A stretch of 64,000 nt of DNA from NCBI GenBank assembly GCA_002311345.1, contig DCAA01000006.1, forward strand, positions 14,532 to 78,531. The letters run 5' to 3'. Below, piece by piece: positions 57,131 to 64,000 of the stretch. A model generated the notes under the pieces. The model saw only the letters and a program-made list of their open reading frames with translations, made no database searches and had not been told where the DNA came from. Within the stretch, counting starts at the first letter, position 1. Each line of letters opens with the position of its first letter. Made by a program: the position numbers and the translations under genes. This stretch comes from Planctomycetes bacterium UBA1146 (GTDB lineage Bacteria > Planctomycetota > UBA8108 > UBA1146).

Positions 57131-58423
57131 GTGTGCTCTGGTGAAGACAAGGTCCCCGATTCTGACCTCGATCAAACGGCCCGGGAGAATCTCCGCGTCG
57201 GGGTGATCAGTGTTGGAGATGAGATCCTCGAGGGGCGAATCGTCGATCTCCACTCGCGAACCACGTCGGCACTTCTCACTCCTCTCGGGGTCGAGGTCGA
57301 ATGGCATCTGAGTATCGGAGATGCCCCCGGAGCTCTCAGTTCGGTACTCGCTTCGATACCTGCACCGGTCGATGGAATCGTCATCGCCGGAGGGCTGGGT
57401 CCCACCGCGGACGATCGTTGCCGCCAGGAGATCGCGACTGCAACGGCAGCCCCGCTCGAGTTCGATGAGGAGGCCTGGCAACGAATTCAAGATCGCTTTG
57501 TCATGGCGGGTCTCGAACCGGCGCACAACAATCGAAACCAAGCGTTCCGTCCCCAGGGCAGCGAAACTCTTGTCAATGAATGGGGCACCGCCCCTGGATT
57601 CCGGATGTCCTTTGGCGATGGGACGCTGCTCTTTGCGCTTCCTGGAGTTCCATCCGAGTTCGATCAGATGTTGAGGGAATACGTTCTTCCGTGGGCCCAG
57701 TCACGCTCCGACAAGATCGAGACCGGTGAGATTCTCGAGTTCATCGGCATCCCCGAATCGCAACTCGATGAGTGGATCCTCTCCCAACTCGGAGTCGATG
57801 GAGGTCACCACATCTGCGTCAAGGGTTGGGGGCAGATCGAGGTGCGGCTCCCTGCCGCGCTTTCGTTGCGAGAAGAGGCGAGCGACAGGTTCGGGGCTCG
57901 TTTCATCGGAGAGGGAGGGATCGGTGCCGAGCAGCACCTGGTGAAGGCCGCTCTCGCTGCAGGGATCACCATTTCGACAGCGGAATCGTGTACCGGAGGG
58001 ATGATCGGATCCCGGATCACTGCAGTCCCCGGCTGTAGTGAGGTCTATCTCGGCGGCTGGGTTTGCTATTCCTACGAAGCAAAATCACGCGACCTGGGAG
58101 TCGATCCGGCAGTGATCGAGGTCGAGGGTGCCGTCAGTGCTCCGGTGGTGGAAGCGATGGCCTCGGGAGCTCGTGACAGGTCGGGATCTGATCTGGCGAT
58201 CGCCGTCAGTGGCATCGCCGGACCGGGCGGGGCCACCGACGAGAAACCGGTGGGGACCGTCTGGATGGCACTGTGTGGCCATGGCAAAACCGATTCCCAT
58301 CGTTACCAGTTGAAGGGGACACGCGATCGCATCCGGCAACTCACCACCAACCTGGCTATGCAGGTCGTCATGGCGGAGATTCGTCAGCAGGAGATTCCCG
58401 GATGGTCGAAGCAACGATCCTGA
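57131..58423 (+). CDS. cinA: CinA-family protein (molybdopterin-binding-like domain plus NMN deamidase PncC)
   Basis: VGDEILEGRIVD, GGLGPTADD, LPGVPSE, TAESCTGG, SGIAGPGG, KPVGTVW. Confidence 0.93.
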   Translation: MCSGEDKVPDSDLDQTARENLRVGVISVGDEILEGRIVDLHSRTTSALLTPLGVEVEWHLSIGDAPGALSSVLASIPAPVDGIVIAGGLGPTADDRCRQEIATATAAPLEFDEEAWQRIQDRFVMAGLEPAHNNRNQAFRPQGSETLVNEWGTAPGFRMSFGDGTLLFALPGVPSEFDQMLREYVLPWAQSRSDKIETGEILEFIGIPESQLDEWILSQLGVDGGHHICVKGWGQIEVRLPAALSLREEASDRFGARFIGEGGIGAEQHLVKAALAAGITISTAESCTGGMIGSRITAVPGCSEVYLGGWVCYSYEAKSRDLGVDPAVIEVEGAVSAPVVEAMASGARDRSGSDLAIAVSGIAGPGGATDEKPVGTVWMALCGHGKTDSHRYQLKGTRDRIRQLTTNLAMQVVMAEIRQQEIPGWSKQRS

Positions 58424-59154
58424 CACGGGATGGATCCCCGACTCGTTACCATCCCCGATACCAGCAGCACTACCACTCTCTCAGCGGCGCCCACCTCGAG
58501 GCGCGGATGCGTTACGTGGTTGCCAGTAGGGTCGTCGAAAGGGCACGTGATCAGGGCAAGGTGAGGATTCTCGATGTCGGATTCGGGTTGGGGACGAACC
58601 TGGCCTGGGCGATTCACGAGATCCAGCAAGAAGTCCCGGGTGCCTCGATAGAGATCGTTTCTCTCGAGCGGGAATTGCTGCCGGTAGACGTGCTTCTTCC
58701 TCATTTCAGGGCGCTTCCTGAAACGAGGTTGGCACGGATGTTGAGGGATCTGGTGCAGACAGGAGAGTGGATCGAGAGGAACCTGAGACTCCAGTTGATC
58801 TGCGCAGAAGCACAAATAGAGATCGATTCTATCGAGGGCCCCTTCGACACGGTGTTTCTCGATCCATTCTCGCCCAGGTGCAATCCTGAGTTGTGGGCAA
58901 GCCCGTTTCTGGCCGCGATTCGCAGCAGAATGGCCCAGGGTGGTATACTGACAACGTACAGTTGTGCCCGATCAGTTCGGCTTTCGTTGCTACGGGCCGG
59001 TTGGGAGATCGGCGTCGGTCCGCGAGTCGGATCGAAGTCGTCGGGAACCCTCGCCTCGTGTGGATCGGTGCTGCCGCCACTGGTGGCCATCGATCCGAAA
59101 CAGAGCCGTTGGCTCGTTCGACAGCTTCGGGGCCCAGGAGATGGAGAAACGTGA
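58402..59154 (+). CDS. mnmD: Stand-alone MnmC-type methyltransferase domain (tRNA mnm5s2U34 methyltransferase)
   Basis: ATG 58402 after AGGAG. TRDGSPTRYHPRYQQHYHSLSGAHLEA, ILDVGFGLGTN, FLDPFSPRCNPELW, LTTYS. Confidence 0.88.
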   Translation: MVEATILTRDGSPTRYHPRYQQHYHSLSGAHLEARMRYVVASRVVERARDQGKVRILDVGFGLGTNLAWAIHEIQQEVPGASIEIVSLERELLPVDVLLPHFRALPETRLARMLRDLVQTGEWIERNLRLQLICAEAQIEIDSIEGPFDTVFLDPFSPRCNPELWASPFLAAIRSRMAQGGILTTYSCARSVRLSLLRAGWEIGVGPRVGSKSSGTLASCGSVLPPLVAIDPKQSRWLVRQLRGPGDGET

Positions 59155-59786
59155 TGATCTGGACTATCTGCGGCAACTGGCTACGGCCAGGATTGTTCTT
59201 CTTCTGCATGGTGAGTCTCTTGGGTAGTTCGATCGTTGCCGATACGCCGCCAGCACCTGCGGAGAAAAAATCGATCTCCTCGCAGCAAGCAGAATTGCCG
59301 AAGTTGACGCCAAAAGAGCAGCAAGAGGTTCAGACCTGGGTGCGCGAATTGCAGCGCCAACGGGCAACAAATCGAACCAGGGCTGAAAAGCATCTGCGGC
59401 GAGTGGGTGCTGCAGCCGTGCCCTATCTGCTGCCGGTTTCCCGCTCGGAATTCGACCTGGCTCGCATTGCGGCGTTGCGAATCCTGCACAGGTCGCCGCG
59501 CTACGAGGCCGCCTCCAGTGCCCTCGAGGGGCTTCGGGCCGAGAATCGGTGGGTGCGTAAACTCTCCTGGCAGTTGATCGAGAAGATCAGCGGGATCCGC
59601 AGCACATTTCCGTGGGATGGCGACAAATTCTCCAGTCAGCGCAAGAGAAAAGCGCAGATCTGGCAGCGCTGGTACCGGCTCCAGGAGCAACTTTGTCGCC
59701 AGGAAGAGAAACTCTCGCGCGAATCGCAGCCGCAGGGCTCTCAACCGCAGAAATCGGCGAAATCGGATCCACCGACCGACGGATAA
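59151..59786 (+). CDS. Hypothetical exported HEAT-repeat protein
   Basis: GTGA overlap with mnmD; signal peptide LFFFCMVSLLGSSIVA; RTRAEKHLRRVGAAAVPYL, ARIAALRIL, ENRWVRKLSWQLIEKISG. Confidence 0.65.
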   Translation: MMIWTICGNWLRPGLFFFCMVSLLGSSIVADTPPAPAEKKSISSQQAELPKLTPKEQQEVQTWVRELQRQRATNRTRAEKHLRRVGAAAVPYLLPVSRSEFDLARIAALRILHRSPRYEAASSALEGLRAENRWVRKLSWQLIEKISGIRSTFPWDGDKFSSQRKRKAQIWQRWYRLQEQLCRQEEKLSRESQPQGSQPQKSAKSDPPTDG

Positions 59787-60312
59787 CAGCCCCCATCCGT
59801 CTCGAGGGCCTCGCCGCGTGGCGGGGCACTTCTCTCCCCACGAACATCATGGCTGTCTCCGTCGCGACCCTTGCGAGTGGGTCTCCCCTTTGCTACGTTC
59901 GGCCGCTGCGGTGGGGGATGGATCTGGCGAAACTTCTGGTTCTTCAGGAGTATTCCTTTTCACCCTCCAGCGACTCTGTGAAGTGATTCCGATCCCATCT
60001 CGGTGGGAAGGCATCGATGCAAAGATCGACACGAAGTCGATGGGAGAAGAAACGCCCAGGTGCGTTCTGATCCGGGTCCGCATCGAACAGCACAGATGTT
60101 GAATCAACTCCGGACGAGGTTCTCGATCAGAGTGTTTCGCATCATCGTTACGGGTGTCGACTGGCATCCGTTCTCGGAGTCATACCAGAGATTCTGACGA
60201 GGTGTTTCGTAGCGTGGTGCAGTTCGATTGCGCAGATGGTGATCGTTCTGATGAACCGATGCGTTGAGTAGTACTGTCATCGGAAGCGCATTGCTTTGAA
60301 TCTGGGGGATCG

Positions 60313-61785
60313 TTGAGTTCTCAGGATAGTTCAGCCACCACCGTCGAGGAAGTCTGGGAACGACTTCAAATCGTCATCACATCAACCATCGGGGAGATGA
60401 GATTGAAGAGGTGGTTCCAGAATGTAACTCCTCTGGAGGTGACCGATGGTGTGCTTCAACTGGAAGTACCATCCCGCACCGCACTGGATTGGATCGAGAA
60501 CAACTACGGTGAGATTCTGTCCCTGGCAGCACGCCAGGCGGGACTCGAATCGATCCAGTTGATTCCTCAGAGGGGATCATCTCGAGTATCTGCCGAGCAG
60601 TTCGACAGTGAGTCTGGAGCGATCAACCGCAGGCCTCCCGGCCGCGGATCAGCGGTAGTTGTCAGGGAACTGGAGTTCGCGCCGGATCCGCCAAACGGTA
60701 CCGATCCAGCCGACCATGTCACCAGTTGGACGCCTAACGCCCGTATTTCTGTTGTTTCTGGAGGAGCTGCGGGATTGCGCAAGGATCTCACTCTTGAACG
60801 GTTCGTGGTCGGGACATCAAATCGGGTTGCCTATTCGGCGGCCCTCGAGATCCTGCGGACTCCGGGCCTCTCCTTCAATCCACTCTTCTTGCACGGCGGA
60901 CCTGGACTGGGAAAGACGCATCTGCTCCAGGCGATCACCAAGAAGTTTTTCATCCAGGGAGAGCGTGAGATTCGCTACGTGCAATGCGAGTCATTCGTTC
61001 ATCAGTTTGTTCGCGCTCTTCGACAGCGCTCCCTCGATAGATTCCGGTCCAGTTTTCGAGAACTGAAGGTTCTCGTCATCGATGACGTCCAGATGATCGC
61101 GGGTAAGAGGAGTAGCCAACAGGAACTTCTCGAGACTGTCGATGCCATCGCCATTCAAGGTGGACAGGTATTGCTCGCCAGCGATGCTCCGCCGAAAAAA
61201 CTGGTGCATCTGCATCAACAGTTACAGAATCGTTTCTCCGCAGGCCTTGTGGCGCGCGTTGACCCCCCTGACATGGAAACCAGGGTGAGCATTCTCAAGC
61301 AGGAAGTGATGCGTAGCGGCGTTCAGGTGCCTTCCGAGGTGCTGCGACACATCGCCGATACGGTGCGTCTCAGTGTTCGAGAGTTGCTGGGTGCTCTGGT
61401 GAGAGTGGTGGCCGAATGCGAACTCTCTGGATCTGAAGTCACCATGTTGCGGACACGGGCGATCCTGGAACCGATCTCGGCGGTGTCCAAACGGCGAATC
61501 GTGGTCGAGGACATCGTTGAACGGGTCGCGGTTCGCTGGGGAGTGCCTCCGGAGGAGATCTTGTCTCGTTCGCGCACGCGCAACACTTCGATGGCCAGGA
61601 GCGTGGCCACTTATCTGGCCCGGGTTCTTACCGATTATTCTCTGGCAGAGATCGGTGAGCAACTGGGAGGCCGATCTCACGCGACCACGAGTAGTTCCTA
61701 CCGCAAGATTCAACGTCTCATCTCGCGGGATGATTCCCTACGCCAAGAAGTGGAACGTCTCGTGAGAGATCTTCGCGGTGGATGA
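60313..61785 (+). CDS. dnaA: Chromosomal replication initiator DnaA (divergent, possibly a secondary paralogue)
   Basis: Domain I (RWFQNV...LEVPS...DWIENNY); LERFVVGTSNRVAY; FNPLFLHGGPGLGKTHLL; IDDVQ; RFSAGL; VRELLGAL; domain IV SLAEIGEQLGGRSHAT. TTG start. Confidence 0.9.
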   Translation: MSSQDSSATTVEEVWERLQIVITSTIGEMRLKRWFQNVTPLEVTDGVLQLEVPSRTALDWIENNYGEILSLAARQAGLESIQLIPQRGSSRVSAEQFDSESGAINRRPPGRGSAVVVRELEFAPDPPNGTDPADHVTSWTPNARISVVSGGAAGLRKDLTLERFVVGTSNRVAYSAALEILRTPGLSFNPLFLHGGPGLGKTHLLQAITKKFFIQGEREIRYVQCESFVHQFVRALRQRSLDRFRSSFRELKVLVIDDVQMIAGKRSSQQELLETVDAIAIQGGQVLLASDAPPKKLVHLHQQLQNRFSAGLVARVDPPDMETRVSILKQEVMRSGVQVPSEVLRHIADTVRLSVRELLGALVRVVAECELSGSEVTMLRTRAILEPISAVSKRRIVVEDIVERVAVRWGVPPEEILSRSRTRNTSMARSVATYLARVLTDYSLAEIGEQLGGRSHATTSSSYRKIQRLISRDDSLRQEVERLVRDLRGG

Positions 61786-63983
61786 GAAGAGCAGTGATGG
61801 TCGGAACAACATCTGACTCTCACCGCGACGATCCTCTGGCCGAGGATACGGCAGAAGATCTTCTGCTGGCACCCCTGCACTCCTTGCGAGGAATCGGTCC
61901 TGCGATCTCCGATCGACTGGCACGAATCGGCCTTTCGACCATCGGAGATCTTCTCCATCACTTCCCGAGCCGCCATGAAGATCTGGTCATCCACGGTTCT
62001 ATCCGGGATGTGCCCGATGGCGAGCGCCGTAGCATCTACGGCAAGGTAGAGCAGGATCCAAATTGGATTTCATCGGGGCGAGGACGCTGGCAGACGAGCC
62101 TGATCTCGCTCGATGAGCCCGAAGTGGAGGTCACGCTGCAGTGGTTCCATTCTGGACGTTACCGTCCCCCCATCGGTGCGAACTGGCAGGGGTGGGTAAC
62201 CGGTCCGATCCGGCAATTTCGCGCCCCGGTGATGACGCATCCATCACTGGCGCGCAGCCAGCAGAGGGAACCGATCCCGCCGGGACATGGTCAGATCGTC
62301 TCGGTCTATCCCTCGACCGAGGGGATCACCCAGGATCTTCTGCGTCGTTCGATCCAGCAGATCCTGGAAATTGCAGATCTCGATCTCGATCACGATCTTC
62401 CGCCGATCATCGGTTCGTCTCGAAGTTTGCTCGCCATCTACTCGGGATTTCATCGACCTGCCTCGGCAGCCGAGTACGAGACGTGTCGGGCTCTACTGGC
62501 ACAAATCGAGATGTATCTCCACGCCATCGGCCAAGCACGAGCAAGGGCTGCACGACAGGCTCGCAAGGTCGATCCGATCATGGTGACTGCAGAACTGGAG
62601 GAGAGGATTCTTGCTCGATTCCCCTACTCGCTCACTCGAGCGCAGCAGCAGGTGATCGAGGAGATTCGATCGGATCTCGCGGCAGGATTTCCGATGGCTC
62701 GGTTGGTCCAGGGAGACGTTGGCAGCGGTAAGACCGCGCTGGCGATCTGGACCTTGCTGGTGGTGGTTGCCGCTGGCCGACAGGGAGCGTTGATCGCGCC
62801 GACGATGACTCTGGCTCAACAACATAGAGATACTCTCGAGCAATATCTTGCTGGATCTCGAGTTGAAGTGGCACTGGTGGTTGCCGGGAGTACTGCCGAG
62901 CAACGAGAATTGGTCACCACCGGAAAGGCATCCGTGGTGGTGGGAACTCACGCTCTGCTGTCTGAGACGATGGAATTTGCTGATCTGGCGCTGGTCGTGG
63001 TTGACGAGGAACAGAGATTCGGTGTCCAGCAACGTCAGGAGATGGCCCACAAGGGCGAAGACGTGCATCGATTGCACCTCTCTGCGACGCCGATTCCAAG
63101 AAGCCTGGCGCTCGCCATCCGGGGAGATTTTGATCTCTCACGAGTTTCCGAGCGTCCTCCGTCGCGGCCTCCGGTGCTAACCCGCGAGGTCGTCTCCGAG
63201 AAATTCGATGATGCGCTGCAGTTCCTGGAGAAAGAGGTGAGCGCTGGAAACCGGATCCTGTTCGTCGTCCCTCGCATAGACGAGGGGGACGGGGACGATC
63301 CGGTCGGGGTCGAACAACTGGCGACTCGGCTGAGGGATTCAACAATCGGGTATGTCGGCATCGGTTCTCTTCACGGTCGACTTCCCGCCCAACAGCAGGT
63401 AACCACGATGAGAGCCTTCCGCGACGGGCAGACTCCGGTGCTGGTGGCGACCAGCATCGTGGAGGTGGGGCTCGATGTTCCGGAACTGACCGTATTGTGG
63501 ATCGAACAGGCCGAGCGCTTCGGGCTGGCGCAACTCCACCAGTTGCGGGGGCGGGTTGGGCGCAGTGAGCGACCCTCGTGGTGCTTCTTCACCGTTGGCA
63601 ATGACACGGACGAATCCAGGCAGCGTCTGCAGGCGTTCCTGGAGGAAGACGACGGCTTCCGGATCGCCGAGCGCGATCTCCTGCTCAGGGGAGGAGGGGA
63701 CGCCCAGGGAGCGCGCCAGAGCGGGCCCAGCGGATTTCAACTCGCCCGCCCGCTCGAGGATTTGCCCGCTTTCCAGGCTCTTGCTCGGGCTGCTGCAGAA
63801 CAACTCGAACAGGGCGCGGACCCGCCCGAGGGACGACTACTCGAGCGCCTGGGCCGGTATCTGGGGCCGCTCAAAGATCTCACTGAGGGGCATGGCACCG
63901 TCATCGACCCCTTGCCGGAGCAGGGGACTGGGATACAATCCGGGTGCAGGGCGGATGATCCCGATAAGGGCCCCTCGCGCTGA
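61782..63983 (+). CDS. recG: ATP-dependent DNA helicase RecG
   Basis: LRGIGP...DLLHHFPSRHED wedge N-terminus; LTRAQ; RLVQGDVGSGKT; VGTHAL; SATPIPRSLA; ERFGLAQLHQLRGRVGR; DGFRIAERDLLLRG...QSG. ATGA overlap with dnaA. Confidence 0.93.
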   Translation: MRRAVMVGTTSDSHRDDPLAEDTAEDLLLAPLHSLRGIGPAISDRLARIGLSTIGDLLHHFPSRHEDLVIHGSIRDVPDGERRSIYGKVEQDPNWISSGRGRWQTSLISLDEPEVEVTLQWFHSGRYRPPIGANWQGWVTGPIRQFRAPVMTHPSLARSQQREPIPPGHGQIVSVYPSTEGITQDLLRRSIQQILEIADLDLDHDLPPIIGSSRSLLAIYSGFHRPASAAEYETCRALLAQIEMYLHAIGQARARAARQARKVDPIMVTAELEERILARFPYSLTRAQQQVIEEIRSDLAAGFPMARLVQGDVGSGKTALAIWTLLVVVAAGRQGALIAPTMTLAQQHRDTLEQYLAGSRVEVALVVAGSTAEQRELVTTGKASVVVGTHALLSETMEFADLALVVVDEEQRFGVQQRQEMAHKGEDVHRLHLSATPIPRSLALAIRGDFDLSRVSERPPSRPPVLTREVVSEKFDDALQFLEKEVSAGNRILFVVPRIDEGDGDDPVGVEQLATRLRDSTIGYVGIGSLHGRLPAQQQVTTMRAFRDGQTPVLVATSIVEVGLDVPELTVLWIEQAERFGLAQLHQLRGRVGRSERPSWCFFTVGNDTDESRQRLQAFLEEDDGFRIAERDLLLRGGGDAQGARQSGPSGFQLARPLEDLPAFQALARAAAEQLEQGADPPEGRLLERLGRYLGPLKDLTEGHGTVIDPLPEQGTGIQSGCRADDPDKGPSR
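63912..63939 (+). promoter_or_regulatory. Possible promoter inside the recG 3' end for the next gene beyond the window
   Basis: TTGCCG, 16-nt spacer, TACAAT. An AGGGGA RBS-like motif lies at the window end. Confidence 0.4.
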
Positions 63984-64000
63984 TCTGATAGGGGATTCGA

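Noticed and set aside
63970..64000. ...GGGGATTCGA at the window end as a possible tmRNA or tRNA start
   Set aside because: It does not match the GGGGxTG...GGxTTCGAC spacing. It is more simply an RBS before a gene starting at the window edge.
1..64000. CRISPR arrays, IS elements, prophage, rRNA, defence systems, recoded stops (Sec/Pyl) or programmed frameshifts
   Set aside because: I saw no regularly spaced repeats and no transposase, integrase, phage or cas motifs. The recognised genes are full-length in single frames.

Overview
GC-rich (about 60% by eye), gene-dense chromosomal window, most likely from a planctomycete. This is inferred from a dockerin-like C-terminal tag, HExxH DUF1570-type proteins, PQQ-propeller/TPR proteins, the polA-coaE-rho order and a eukaryote-type UDP-sugar pyrophosphorylase. 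About 42 CDSs and one tRNA-Cys(GCA) are supported. Housekeeping genes: nadC, uvrB, large NAD-GDH, etfBA, an RluA-family synthase, accBC, rho, coaE, polA, tatC, cinA, mnmD, a divergent dnaA and recG. I saw no CRISPR array, integrase, transposase or rRNA. Best leads: (1) an MCE/Mla operon lacking MlaA/B/C, with an MlaD carrying six helical repeats, a Trp/Pro/Phe-repeat lipoprotein and a ~1,600-aa propeller-TPR-propeller-CBM9 protein, downstream of an FHA-GAF histidine kinase and REC-GAF regulator; (2) a ~170-nt four-way-junction RNA candidate with its own promoter just upstream of tRNA-Cys; (3) a second long structured RNA/leader between polA and a TM-coiled-coil-BRCT gene; (4) a membrane pseudokinase coupled to uvrB, followed by tandem secreted gluzincin paralogues; (5) an orphan five-pseudopilin cluster; (6) TatC with a ~195-aa insertion; (7) DnaA with an altered DNA-recognition helix. 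All domain calls are by-eye motif recognition, and no searches were run.
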